This document shows, piece by piece, positions 1-18,882 of a stretch of 64,000 bases of DNA (position 1 is the stretch's first letter; every line of letters begins with the position of its first letter). The stretch is from assembly GCA_964016885.1 (NCBI GenBank), contig CAXHJY010001072.1:14500-78499 (forward strand), in the 5' to 3' direction. This DNA comes from Eledone cirrhosa (Eukaryota). Below the pieces are notes generated by a model that worked only from the letters and a program-made list of their open reading frames with translations, was not told the origin of the DNA and ran no database searches. A program made the position numbers and the translations under genes.

Positions 1-57
1 AAAGCAACTGGTGCGTGTGTTTCTTATTGGCAACATGACCCTCCCAAAGTATAACAA

Positions 58-58
<1 letters not shown>
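1..58 (+). mobile_element. 3' tail of a Penelope-like pseudo-LTR ending in a (TA)n tract (cut by window edge)
   Basis: Near-identical reverse complement of 63357-63413. Its terminal motif ATGACCCTCCC(N)AAGTATAACAAT also ends the PLE tails at 61673-61697 and 63031-63054. Confidence 0.6.
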
Positions 59-5500
<5,442 letters not shown>

Positions 5501-5625
5501 GTGAATATAGACATAGAATATTCGAAAATATTCTGTATGTTTATAATAAACATTTTGAAGACCTAATCGCTATAGAATAGAATACGTCACGTATTACAAT
5601 TAGATTCTCGATAAAAGCAAGGGAA

Positions 5626-5669
5626 GTAAATCTACGCGTTTCATTCTTATTAGAAATCGTCAGGACTAC
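5626..5669 (-). ncRNA. Minimal type I hammerhead ribozyme (further copies at 5937-5980, 6248-6291, 6631-6674)
   Basis: Minus strand: GTAGTC-CTGACGA-T TTCT AATA AGAA T-GAAA-CGCG-TA-GATTTAC. Core CUGANGA/GAAA/UH is intact; stem III is the palindrome ACGCGT. Confidence 0.82.
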
Positions 5670-6927
5670 ATATCCAGTGCTTTTATCGAGAATGACACAG
5701 CTAGAGACTTATAGAATACTTAGCTGTGTACAGGAACTGGTTTGAAAGAGCGGTTGCCGGTCCGGCAGAAATTAGAAATTGGAATAAATGCTCTGAAATA
5801 GCGATATATATGTGAATATAGACATAGAATATTCGAAAATATTCTGTATGTTTATAATAAACATTTTGAAGACCTAATCGCTATAGAATAGAATACGTCA
5901 CGTATTACAATTAGATTCTCGATAAAAGCAAGGGAAGTAAATCTACGCGTTTCATTCTTATTAGAAATCGTCAGGACTACATATCCAGTGCTTTTATCGA
6001 GAATGACACAGCTAGAGACTTATAGAATACTTAGCTGTGTACAGGAACTGGTTTGAAAGAGCGGTTGCCGGTCCGGCAGAAATTAGAAATTGGAATAAAT
6101 GCTCTGAAATAGCGATATATATGTGAATATAGACATAGAATATTCGAAAATATTCTGTATGTTTATAATAAACATTTTGAAGACCTAATCGCTATAGAAT
6201 AGAATACGTCACGTATTACAATTAGATTCTCGATAAAAGCAAGGGAAGTAAATCTACGCGTTTCATTCTTATTAGAAATCGTCAGGACTACATATCCAGT
6301 GCTTTTATCGAGAATGACACAGCTAGAGACTTATAGAATACTTAGCTGTGTACAGGAACTGGTTTGAAAGAGCGGTTGCCGGTCCGGCAGAAATTAGAAA
6401 TTGGAATAAATGCTCTGAATAAATGCTCTGAAATAAATGCTCTGAATAAATGCTCTGAAATAGCGATATATATGTGAATAAATGCTCTGAAATAGCGATA
6501 TATATGTGAATATAGACATAGAATATTCGAAAATATTCTGTATGTTTATAATAAACATTTTGAAGACCTAATCGCTATAGAATAGAATACGTCACGTATT
6601 ACAATTAGATTCTCGATAAAAGCAAGGGAAGTAAATCTACGCGTTTCATTCTTATTAGAAATCGTCAGGACTACATATCCAGTGCTTTTATCGAGAATGA
6701 CACAGCTAGAGACTTATAGAATACTTAGCTGTGTACAGGAACTGGTTTGAAAGAGCGGTTGCCGGTCCGGCAGAAATTAGAAATTAGAAATATCGCTATT
6801 TCAGAGCATTTATTCCAATTTCTAATTTCTGCCGGACCGGCAACCGCTCTTTCAAACCAGTTCCTGTACACAGCTAAGTATTCTATAAGTCTCTAGCTGT
6901 GTCATTCTCGATAAAAGCACTGGATAT

Positions 6928-6971
6928 GTAGTCCTGACGATTTCTAATAAGAATGAAACGCGTAGATTTAC
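6928..6971 (+). ncRNA. Minimal type I hammerhead ribozyme in the inverted unit
   Basis: gtagtc CTGACGA tttctaataagaat GAAA cgcg TA gatttac. Confidence 0.82.
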
Positions 6972-7130
6972 TTCCCTTGCTTTTATCGAGAATCTAATTG
7001 TAATACGTGACGTATTCTATTCTATAGCGATTAGGTCTTCAAAATGTTTATTATAAACATACAGAATATTTTCGAATATTCTATGTCTATATTCACATAT
7101 ATATCGCTATTTCAGAGCATTTATTCCAAT

Positions 7131-7218
7131 ATACATATATATATATACATATATATATATATCTATATACATATACATATATACATATACATATATATAT
7201 ACATATATATATATATAC

Positions 7219-7264
<46 letters not shown>

Positions 7265-7326
7265 CTATATACATATATATATCTATATACATATATATAT
7301 CTATATACATATATATATCTATATAC

Positions 7327-7373
<47 letters not shown>

Positions 7374-7616
7374 CATATACATATATATCTATATACATAT
7401 ACATATATACATATACATATATATATACATATATATATATACATATATATACATATATATATATACATATATATATATACATATATATATACACATATAT
7501 ATATATACATATATATATATACATATATATATATACATATATATATACATATATATATATACATATATATATATACATATATATATACATATATATATAT
7601 ACATATATATATATAC

Positions 7617-7647
<31 letters not shown>

Positions 7648-7776
7648 CATATATACATATATATACATATATATACATATATATATACATATATATATAC
7701 ATATATATATATATATGCATATATATATGCATATATATATACATATATACATATATGCATGCATATATATATCCAT

Positions 7777-7808
<32 letters not shown>

Positions 7809-7900
7809 GCATATATATATATACACACATATATATATATGCATATATATATATGCATATATATATACACATTCATATATATATGCATATATATATACAC

Positions 7901-7949
<49 letters not shown>

Positions 7950-8238
7950 GGCATATGTGTGTGTGTATAAACAGTAACACGTGTGTATATAGAGAAGATA
8001 ATGATATATGTGTAGCTAATGCGAAGTGACACTTAATAAACAAACCCCATCTTCAAATAAATGCATAACACATTATGTGATACAGGAGCGTGATTATATT
8101 TATATGCGTGTCCTCCTTTTAGCTACACATACATATATACACATGCACTCACACATGCACACATTCATAGATGTATACACGCCTTAATACGTGCATGTAT
8201 ACATACATGCATACAAATATAGAAACATACATATACAT

Positions 8239-8271
<33 letters not shown>

Positions 8272-8358
8272 CATTCATATAAGCATAAGCATACATTCGT
8301 ACATACATATATGCATACATACATTCAAACACATGCACGGAGAGAGAGAGAGAGAGAG

Positions 8359-8450
<92 letters not shown>
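7131..8450. repeat. (TA)n/TACA tract (7131-7950), then mixed CA and (GA)n (8340-8450)
   Basis: Direct inspection. Confidence 0.95.
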
Positions 8451-9707
8451 TGAAAGACATGTATACAGACATAGAAATAAACATATATACATGCCCCTAT
8501 GTTTTTTTACACGTGTGTGTGTATATATATATATGTCCTGGATCTTACGCTTCAATTTTCTCCTAGAGCAATCATAGAGCCACATAATCGTTGTATATCG
8601 AACTCTTTTGATATTAATGCTTGGTCGAGCAGTTTTTTTGTAAGTGTGTGAGCTATCTTTAGCGTTATCTCTTACCACTTTCATCCTATCCAACGCTGTA
8701 ATTTTATTTTTATTCTGGCCGTCTATTCTTTGGGAACTAATATTTTTGCTAGAATTTCAAGATCTCTACTGATGATCGTTATCTCTTGGCTTCACCATTT
8801 GCAGATGTTAATCAACGGTAAATGATGATATGAAATGGTACCATATAGGTCATGTAAAAACCTAGTGGTTATGTAAGTATAATACTTATTTTGTCTCTCT
8901 GTTTTTTTTTCCTTTAGCCTGATTATATTGTTCTATACAAACTATTAGATACTTAGTTTCCTATGGTGCTGGCAGTGTACAACGCTCTGAGGTTTTGGAC
9001 TTTATTATAGAGAGATTTGGCTGCTATTTCTAGCAAATTGATTACGGTGATAATCCCTCACAATAAATATATATTTCTGGAGCAGCTAGGGGAACTAGCA
9101 GCTACTGCTGTTGTTACTGTCGGTGTTTCTCTGATGTTACACTGACATTAGATACATTCAGTAGTGTTTTACTGTTAGAATCAGCCTGTATCATTTTACA
9201 AGAAAAGGGCTCACAGCCAAATATAACCGAAAGCAACCGGAAATGGGAGAATGACGTTGTATAAATGGTTACAAATTGCTTTCTTTTTTTTGTTCTATTT
9301 TCTGCCGATAATCATCATTTCAGGGGTTGTATCTTTGGTAGTATATATCAAAGAACAAAAGAATGTGTATGAAAGAAGGAGGATATACAGAATATATGAG
9401 ATTAATACGAGATCTTATAGCAAGGAATTGTAAGGAAATACTAAATATAGAAATCTTATAGAAGTGTGTTAATAGACCACAGCGAATACAGAAAGTTTGT
9501 ATACAGCAGACGCTGACGTACATAGAAGCGAACTAACGCTTGAAATCGGGATCAAAACCGGCGGCTCTCAAGACTCTATAGGAAAGTTTGGATTTATCTA
9601 AATTATTCAGAGTCCTAACGAAGTCAGATTTATTAACTATTCTCACTAAGATACATTGTATGAGGTTGGGAAGATTGTCTTTGATAGATATATGACACTG
9701 CCTATGA

Positions 9708-9893
9708 CAGGCATGTCAAACTGAGGGTCCCCCGAGGGTCACATGGGTCACACGTGTTGTCTGAGGGCCACACATGACAACTAATTGCACACATTACAAC
9801 TAATATTTTTTATCTTATATTACGCTCGCGCTGTAAAAACCTTTGTGCGGGCCGCAGGTGTGCTTGTAAAGGGCCGCATGTTTGACATGCTTG
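9708..9893. mobile_element. hAT (Charlie-like) MITE
   Basis: TIRs CAGGCATGTCAAAC / GTTTGACATGCTTG; 8-bp TSD gcctatga / gcctttga. Confidence 0.75.
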
Positions 9894-10660
9894 GCCTTTG
9901 ACATGCGCCAACCTTTTGACATGCACCTATGTTAAAATATAGAACTGTAGTGGTTTATTTATGGAATATTTGTGAATATTAATAGAACATTGTAAATATA
10001 GAAATACTAGTAGAAAATGTATTGTCAGAACCGTCTAAATGTGAAAGTGTTTCAGAATAGTGTTAATAGCACAGCTCTTGGTAACGAAGTTCATGCAATT
10101 TAATCTCTCTTTTCTTGATAAACCGGAGACTAAAAGCCAGACTGGGAACCTTCACCTTGTCACTTAACCTTTTCTTCTGATGTATCCGAGGCCACAAGCC
10201 AACCTAGGAGCCTTCACCTCATCTTTCAATATGCTAGAAATAGCAGCCATGTCGCTTGAAAAATCACATACCACCTACATATTTAAGACGCTAGGATGTG
10301 AATTTAAATAGATTTTTCTGCTATTTCTAGCTAGTTGAAAGACTACGTACTGTGCACATGCATTTGCTTGCGCGCAGTTTGTTACAGAAGGAATGAGAAA
10401 TATTAGCTGATTGTATGATGGTTTTAATTAAAGTCTACTGGTGAAACAACATACATATTCCATAAAGTTAACAGGCAGAAGAACTGTATCCATTACAGAT
10501 CGATATAAAGTAAATTCGAATCTTTGTATGGTTTGAACTCAGAATGCACAGAGATGTAGCTAAATACTATGAAGCATTTTCTTCATCGACCTCGAGATTC
10601 TCGCTTTCCCCACCCTGATTGTAAAACTAATAAGTTGAACCAAATATAGAGACTATACGT

Positions 10661-10955
10661 CAGTCGTGGGCAACCTGCGACCCGCGAAGCTTTCTGAATA
10701 GCTCGCCTAAGGCACCTAAGTGAAATCTTTCTGCTTTTTTTTTTACTCCAATTTTTCAGTCGTAATTTATCTTTCTATTATTTTTACGATCGAGGAAAAC
10801 AACGTGTACGAATTCTGAAGAAGCAAATAAAACAACCTGAGTTACAGCCCTTTTTTTAATGTGGGCACAAATGTAAATTAGTGATTGCGGCCCGCCTGAT
10901 GATCAGCCATATCTAATGCGGCCCGCTTCTCGAAAAAGGTTGCTATACGTGCCTG
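10661..10955. mobile_element. hAT MITE
   Basis: Left end CAGTCGTGGGCAACCT, internal GCGGCCCGC subterminal motifs, 8-bp TSD ctatacgt on both sides. Confidence 0.7.
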
Positions 10956-12229
10956 CTATACGTGGTGGCTCAACCTGCTAAAAATAATAACCATATTTCT
11001 ATTAATCTACACTTTACCCTTTTAAAACATTTACATAATGAACTTTATAAACACTAACGCTGTTAGTTATATATTTATAGCAGCTCATTTTATTGGGATT
11101 CTGCATCTTCAAAGAGGAAGGACACTTTGAATAATGTAGTTTTGAATACATTGTTTGAAAATAAGATGTAATGATCTTGGCAGGAAAACGTTTATCATAA
11201 AACCGCTTGATGAGAGCAGACTGGTGTCAAGCCCCTATAATAACTAATAATAAAAATGGGTAGAGGATAGGACAATAAAGAATGTAATTACTTTTGTCAG
11301 ACAGTGTGTAGCAATATACAATTATGAAATATTTGATTCAAACATAATCAATTGTAAATTTAATTACACCTCGAGATATGTCGCCGTTTGAGATCTCAAA
11401 CACGTTTAACTCTGTATTATTAATGAAAATGTTCAATCACAATAATGGTAGGTTGTATAAAAACAGGACGTAAGATTTTAACATTTTCAATAGAATATTT
11501 ATTAGATTTAGACATCAAAACATCGTTTTCTTAGAGTTCAATCAATTTAATATATAAACTACCAGTTGCTTTAAAGATTTTAATCAGGTGTGGATGAAAA
11601 GTTAGTTCTAGTGAGACCTTCCTTTCCTACATTCGAGGTCGATAAAACAAAAGTACCAGTCTTGTATTGGGGTCAATTCTTCCTCTATATCTCTTTCTCA
11701 CTTCTATTCTCTCACTTTCTCTATCCTCCTCTGGAAGAAATCTTCTTAAAATGTCCAAAGAACGCTTGTAAGCCACTACAGCGCCCCTACGAATTCATCG
11801 AAAAAAAAAATGAGACTTTGCTTTACAATATATGGAAGCCTCTCATTTTATACTTTTAGTTAGAAGACATAGAACTACTACGTTTTCAGTAATGTCACGT
11901 TACCCTCGGTTGCATGTTTGAATTCTCTTCATTGATAACCTATACTGGCTCAGGTAGGTCTTCAATTGAATATTCCAATATAATAATGAACGTATTTATT
12001 CTTAAATGCCGATAGCATTTTCGTAACATTTAAATAATTTTTTCAAATAATTTTCTCCTGACATTATATCACGCGAAAATGCAACAGAAGTTTTTGGGGA
12101 AATTCTGTCGATGTCACTGACCTGTTAAAGCTACCGAGGAGTATTACCAGTTCGAGATAAATGCTAATAATCAAAGAATTAATGAAACTACTCTCTGTCA
12201 TAAGAGCTGGGCTGCCTTACTTATTTCTG

Positions 12230-12530
12230 CCTCTAGGGGCAGAAATTTCAAAAACAATTCTTCCTTGTAAAATACCCTCATCAGCAAAATATATGGTTGC
12301 CAAATCATCACCACAACACCCAGCAAGAGCACCAATCAGTCACCCATCCCCTCCAGCTGTTGTGAAAACACCACCATCACCACCAACCTCTAGGGCAGAA
12401 ATTTAAAAGACAATTCTTCTTTGTAAAATACCCTCATCACCAAAATATATGGTTGCCAAATCACCACCAATAACAACAGCGTCAGTCAGTCAGATAGCCA
12501 GCCAGTCACCTATCCCCTCCAGCTGTAGTG
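12230..12530. repeat. Diverged ~157-bp tandem duplication, followed by (CAA/CAG)n at 12533-12600
   Basis: cctctagg(g)gcagaaattt...aaaataccctcatca..aaaatatatggttgccaaatca occurs at ~12230 and ~12387. Confidence 0.75.
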
Positions 12531-13488
12531 AAACAACAACAACAACAACAACAACAACAGTAGCAACAACAGCAACAGCAGCAGCAACAGTAGCAGTAAA
12601 CCAGGCAGCCTACTACTCAGCCTGTCGGTCAGCCAACATATTCTTCGCTGGCGTCACGAAAGACCTAGAAAAGATCTATCACGAAAACCATGTAAAGGAG
12701 GCCAGATCTATGGTAACATAAAAAGCACCACCAGGTCGCCCCCCCCCCCCCAGACTCTATCTGAAGTGATAGAACTACGCGCCTTCTATGTGTGACTTAG
12801 CGCACTATCTGCGCAAAATCACAGAGAGAAGAGCGTGTCGTGGAAGAAGACATTCAGAGGGTGTGTGTTTGTGCGCAAAATGCACATTTAATCAATGATG
12901 CCCCCGCAACTGGTGTAGCCAGTCGTTGGGGGTCACACTCAAAACTCTTTCGCAGTCAGCCGTCGCCACTGGCCTCTAATCTTCGTCATGCATGGAAGGG
13001 TCTCGGTGTTGTGACCAGTCCAGTCTTTCATGTTGTCAGACTAGGATTTCTTTGTCTGCTTCTTCTTCGCCCTCTCTCGACTGTGCCCTGCTGAAGGCCG
13101 GTTTTGGACAAGGAGTTGGGGCGGGATATATGACCTTGGCCATTAAAAGAAATTGATATAACTACTACTAACCACCGCCACCACCACCACTGCTGCTACC
13201 ACTATTACTGCTGCTGCTACCACCACAACCGTTGTCACTACTACTACATTTTCCCCATTTTGTCTGAAGCAGCTTGAGAGTTCACTATTGTACACTGTTT
13301 ACTTAATGACATCCAGAGTTCAGCAAGGATTGGTGTCATGTCAAGACTTTTAATTAAACTTTCACTCATGCTTGATGTGTTCCTCTTTCTCAATAACCGG
13401 GTAGAGAACAAAGAGAACACACGTAGCTACACACACACTGCGCACCATAAAACAATACAAAAACACGTTGAAAACACACACAATAATA

Positions 13489-13603
13489 ATGATTTCCGAT
13501 TTAGGCACAAGGCCAGCAATAACCCCACTGCATTACTGGTTATTTATTTTATCAACCCTGTAAGGATGAAATATAAAGTTAAACTCAGCGGGATTTAAAT
13601 TCA
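13489..13603 (-). mobile_element. tRNA-derived SINE family A, partial
   Basis: Matches the family copy at 36537-36720. Confidence 0.75.
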
Positions 13604-13915
13604 CTACATAAGCTAGTTATATATATTTACGTGTCCCAATAACTTTTTTTTAGTTATTGCTCGCACCAACCAGAGGTATAGCCAGTCACTCTCTCTCTCA
13701 GCTGGCCTCTTCCTCACACTTTCACTCACTCACTCTGCATGAAATCCTTTTCTCGCTCACATCTCAGCCTATTTTACGTGTCCCAATAACTTTCTTTAGT
13801 TATTGCTCGCACCAACCAGAGGTATATGATCTTTAAAGCGAAGAAATACCAATGAAGGTTGGAAGATCACTGATGAAGGACTAATTTTATTCATATATAT
13901 ATATATATATATATA

Positions 13916-14450
13916 TTTTTTTAAATTTATTTTGAAACTTTTTCATTATTTGCTAAACTTGATTATATATGTTCTGGCTCGTTAATTTATTAACCTGCCA
14001 TTGAACCACATTGGCATATGGTTGGACAATACATGTGTCCCTTAGCGCTTTGTGCGTGTAGGAACACATATCCTATTATTTCTATTCTCCTCTATGTTGA
14101 GAAAAAAATTTGGTCGTTCCGACTGCTGTTAGTGATAGTGGTGGTCGTTTGACCTACCCCCCTCTGCCTCTATCCTTACTTCGGCCCTTGAAAAAATTGA
14201 TTCCACTTCATTTACTCTCATCTCGGGAACAGTTTTGGATAGCGCTAGTTCGTAATTTAAATTCAAGAATTTTATATTCTTCGAATGAAAAGAACCTTCT
14301 GACGAGAATCTTTCTTTGCAACGAAGGCCGTATGGTCTCCGTTTATTTTTGAGATTCGAAACCGATTCGGTAAAGGTAACTATAGTAAGTAAAGTCAATT
14401 TTTTAAAATTTATTTTGAAACTTTTTCATTATTTGCTAAACCTGATTATA
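13916..14450 (+). mobile_element. ~483-bp HHR-bearing unit with ~52-bp direct terminal duplication, inserted in (TA)n
   Basis: tttttaaatttattttgaaactttttcattatttgctaaac.tgattata occurs at ~13916-13968 and ~14399-14450; HHR at 14294-14377. Confidence 0.75.
14294..14377 (+). ncRNA. Type I hammerhead ribozyme with long loop 2
   Basis: ACCTT-CTGACGA-GAATCT...AGATTC-GAAA-CCG ATT CGG-TA-AAGGT. All three stems are Watson-Crick; predicted cleavage after GUA (14372). Confidence 0.9.
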
Positions 14451-14494
14451 TATATATATATATTACTCTTTTACCTGTTCCACCCATCAGGCTA

Positions 14495-14664
14495 AAGCCA
14501 AACCGTTTCGACGGCTATTTCTGGACGTCCAGAAATAACCGTCGAAACGGCTTGAGCTCTGCCGCCGGGGTTAAACATTTTCATATTACCCACTCTACTA
14601 GCCTAAGTATTGAGTACTCTGGTGCGTTATGGCCCATCTGGTTCCTTACCACACTTCCTTAGTT
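14495..14664 (+). mobile_element. Hairpin-plus-tail short element (family H), partial
   Basis: Palindrome ccgtttcgacggctatttctggacgtccagaaataaccgtcgaaacgg, then tail ...ctggtgcgttatggcccatctggttccttaccac. Confidence 0.75.
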
Positions 14665-14887
14665 ATATATATATATATATGTGCTTGGTTATATATATGC
14701 TTAGTTTTATATATGCTTAGTTATATATATATATATATATGCTTAGTTTTATATATATATATATACTCGGTGGTCATGTCTACCAGCATATCAGGAAAAA
14801 ATTATACATTTTCTATGTATTTTATATAAGGAGGACATGTAAAGTTTTATGTATAACATAAAGCAAAACATCTTCGAAATATATATC

Positions 14888-15033
14888 ATTGTTTCTACTT
14901 TTGGCACTAGGCCAGCAATTACCCAGTGCATTACTGGTACTTTATTTTATCGACCCCGTAAGGATGAAAGGCAAAGGCCGTAACTCTATGCGTCAAAGCA
15001 TGACGTCCGACCCTCTACCGATACTGCCAATCC
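14888..15033 (-). mobile_element. SINE family A, internally deleted
   Basis: Matches 36537-36720. Confidence 0.75.
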
Positions 15034-15616
15034 ACCATCTTCGAAATATATATAATGAAATAGAGATGATATAAAGTATATATCTTACGTTTTGTTTTGT
15101 TTTGTTTTATTTTGTGTGCGTGTGTGCGTGTGCGTGTGCGTGTGCGTGTGTGTGTGTGTAAAAAATCTTATTTTAAGATATAGAGTGGGAGTTTCAAGAA
15201 GGATAATAGGGTTCACGACGTTATTTCACCCAAGCCTGCCTGTTTAATAGGTTTGGTTTCCGGTTTAAGGGAAAGTCAGCAGGTGTTTGTCATTTATCAA
15301 GATTATATTCTAAACAACTGCAGGGCATCGTAACAACATCCTTTTTACTTTAGCTAACTGTTGATTCATCATTTAGATTACATCATACAGACAACACTTC
15401 GTTTTTCCTTTTCGTTTGGTGAATGTTTCTGCTGCTGACACGATGTCAAGGTGAAGTAGGCTCGCGGGCGTTCTTGCCTGCCAGCCTGCCTGTGTATGTT
15501 TGTCAGCGTGGCTGTGGTGTTGTCCATATCTCTGTGTGTAGTTGTTTAAATGTGCTTGTGCGTCAGTGCGTGTGTGTGTGTGCATGCGTGGGTGATCATA
15601 TATATATATATATATA

Positions 15617-15809
15617 TAGGAAAAAGTGTGACCCCGACGACAGAGCTCAAGCCGTTTCGACGGCTATTCCTGGACAGAAATAGCCGTCGAAACGGCTTGA
15701 GCTCTGCCGTCGGGGTCACACTTTTTCCTATTTCCCACTCTACTACCCTAAGTATTGAGTACTCTGGTGCGTTATGGTCCATCTGGTTCCTTACCACAAT
15801 TCCTTTGTT
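15617..15809 (+). mobile_element. Hairpin-plus-tail element (family H), full length
   Basis: Near-perfect ~52-bp-arm hairpin at 15617-15730, then an ~80-bp unique tail; (TA)n on both sides. Confidence 0.8.
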
Positions 15810-15830
15810 ATATATATATATATATATATA

Positions 15831-16258
15831 TATAATAACTAGAGATTGATTAACATATAAAAATACATGAATAATCACAGGAGATAATTCAAGCTTGCGT
15901 GTAGACATGACCACCGAGTATATATATATATAAAACAAAGCGCATAGCTAGTTTCCTTTAAAAGTGATTAACATTCCTTGTATATATCCCATTAAAGAAA
16001 TATATTTCACCAATTAATCAGATGGCAAGTCACGGAAAGTGGATATTATTGGATTGTCAACAAGGAATTGATAATAAATCCAGCTATTCGAGCTTACAGG
16101 GCGAGATCAAATCTTCAACTATCCGTTACCACGTGTTGTTAATCACTTTTAAAGGTAAATATTGCCTAAACTAGTTATGCGCGGTTACACGCAAGCTTGA
16201 ATTATCTCCCGTGATTATTCATGTATTTTTATATGTTAATCAATCTCTAGTTATTATA
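15831..16258. mobile_element. Structured unit with 73-bp inverted terminal duplication; possible decayed HHR on minus strand
   Basis: 15831-15903 is the reverse complement of 16186-16258. Inner inverted pair at ~15941-15973 / ~16137-16181. Confidence 0.65.
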
Positions 16259-16692
16259 ATATGCTCAGATGTATTTATCTTTGAACTTAAATTCTCAGGA
16301 TTTATTGGCGCATGCTTTTTGTCATGACACCCATGATTTCGATTTAGATTAAATTCATTTAATTGATTTATCTTAATTTTGGACTTAGATATATATATAT
16401 ATATATATACAGATATATCTTCTCTTCTTAGCCGATTTCATCCTGGGCAGAATATATATATATATGCGTGTGTGTGTGTGTGTATGTATAGATATAGATG
16501 TGTGTGTGTGTGCGTGCATATATATATATACATACATACACGCATATGCCTAGTGAGAAGGGAGAGAGAACGAGAACGGGAAAGAGAAAAAGAAAGAGAA
16601 AGTTAGGTTCTAAATTGATTATGTTTGTGGGATTCTAAGATACTTTGAAATTATTCCCCACTGCCTTGCCCCACGTGGGTGCTGTCAGTAGC

Positions 16693-16751
<59 letters not shown>

Positions 16752-17079
16752 CAGTAGTTCTTTATTCCGAGCTAACCAAGTAGACATCCCATATTTTCCC
16801 CAGTGTATCTAGGAACACATTATGTAAAATATCTTGAATCTTCTCTTAAGATGCTATTGTGTAATTTAAGGGGGATTCGACTACTATTCATAGCAGATGA
16901 AGTAACTGAATAGAAGCTCCCCCGTTGGCTTGTAACATGAGTCCAGACTTGACTGAGCAGCCATACAACACTGACTAAAAATAAAATATTTTGCTAGCAA
17001 AGAAGCTATTTTTATATCAATATAGCTGATTCTTAATTAATAAAGCAAATCGGAATCAGTGATCCAAATATACCAGAAA

Positions 17080-17560
17080 AGAAGTACAAACTCGCTATCT
17101 TCAATTCGGTTTTCGTGCCAACTTCAACGTATGGTCATGAATCTTGGGTAATGACCGAAATAATACGATCGCGAATACAAGCGGCCGAAATGGAGTTCCT
17201 CCAAAGGGTCTTTGGAGTTACTCGATAGAGTGCATAACTCGGAGATCAGAGAGTCACACCAAGTAGAGCTGCTACTTCTCCGAATTGAGAGATCACAACT
17301 CCGATACTATGGGCATGTGGTTAGAATGTCTCAGGAAAGAATCACTGAACAGATTTTACGGGCAAAACCAACCAACAAGAGACCAGGAGTAGACCCTCAA
17401 GCAAGATGGTTGGATAACATCCATAAGCTTGCTGGGTCACGCTTGGGAATCCAGCCGAATCAGTTGGAGACGGTTGCTTCTGACGAGACTCGCTGAAAGA
17501 AGTGTTTGAAGAATCTGCCCCTACGGCCTTCTCAGAAATAAGTGAGTAAAGAAGAAGTCT
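17080..17560 (+). pseudogene. RTE-clade LINE 3' fragment
   Basis: Translates KLAIFNSVFVPTSTYGHESWVMTEIIRSRIQAAEMEFLQRV...LRIERSQLRYYGHVVRM; short gaa tail. Confidence 0.85.
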
Positions 17561-17779
17561 AAATTCTAACGGACTACAATGTAAGGTGCTACAAGGGTTC
17601 TTAATTTCAATGTATGAACTTCTGGAGTACCAGTTATGTACTTGTGTACACAGATATATTACACATCTATATTGTCCGTCAGAAATCAGTCGTGTGTGTG
17701 TGAATGTATGTGTATGCGTGTATATATACGTATGTACTAATATGTATACGTATGTATGAGTGTGTATATATATACATAC

Positions 17780-17844
<65 letters not shown>

Positions 17845-18059
17845 TATATATGATTGCAATCAAGCGTTTTATGTTGTCAGGAATTGATATACGGGGTTTC
17901 TGTATGTTTCTTACGTTGCCTGAGTTTTATGTAAAATAATATGAATGCAGTAAAAGTTGTTTTAGTGTAAAGATAAACGTCGAACATTCTTAGATATTTG
18001 GCGTGTGACCAACTGGTACACTCTTCTAATTCCGAGAGAGGGGTGGAGATGAGAGGGAG

Positions 18060-18230
18060 TGGTGGATAGAGAGAGATGGATAGGAAGATAGAAAGAAATG
18101 AGATAGATAGAGAGGGAGAGAGAGATGATAGAGAGAGAGGGGAGAGATGATAGATAGAGAGGGGGAGAGATGATAAATAGATAGAGAGAGAGAAAGAGGG
18201 GGAGAGAGATGATAGAGAGGGGGAGAGAGA

Positions 18231-18266
<36 letters not shown>

Positions 18267-18330
18267 GAGAGAGGAAGAGAGAGAGATGAAAGAGGGGAAG
18301 AGAGAGAGATGATAGGAAGAGAGAGAAGAA
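18060..18330. repeat. GA-rich low-complexity tract
   Basis: Direct inspection. Confidence 0.9.
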
Positions 18331-18825
18331 AGATTGTGATCGAAGCACGCCTGGCTCTAACAGACACACGCGTACATGCACTCACACCTATACACACACA
18401 CACACACATGTATATGGAAGAATTATGCTTGAACGCCTCGTTCTTGGAATTATAAGACGGATGCCTGAGGAAAATTCATAGTAATACCATCAGAACCAAC
18501 TCGGCTGTCAGTGATATGAACAGGCTGTTCAAATATTAGGGTGTACCAAAGATGTTTTTTATATTATTATTATTTAAAGTAGAGATAGAGATATGTCGAA
18601 GACAGTGCAATTATACAGTGTTTGAGGGTTACTCAGTATGTTCTCGATAATAATTAGCATACCACATCTCCAGGGACTGATATGGAAGAGCGACATTGTT
18701 GATGTATTTTACTGTTTTTTTGTAGAATATCTTCCATAGTTTGGGTAAATATTTGCGTATATATCGAAGGTGTTGTTGATATGTATTTTTAAGACACATA
18801 CACGTGCACACACTCTCTCTCTCTA

Positions 18826-18857
<32 letters not shown>

Positions 18858-18882
18858 TATATATATATATATATATATAATA

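Noticed and set aside
9010-9035. Recurrent TTTGGCTGCTATTTCTAGC-like motif (about a dozen copies, both strands) as a regulatory site
   Set aside because: More simply the conserved core of an old dispersed repeat; boundaries could not be defined by eye.
12161-13094. Short P/S/T-rich ORFs as host exons
   Set aside because: Explained by a local duplication and trinucleotide repeats; no domain or splice support.
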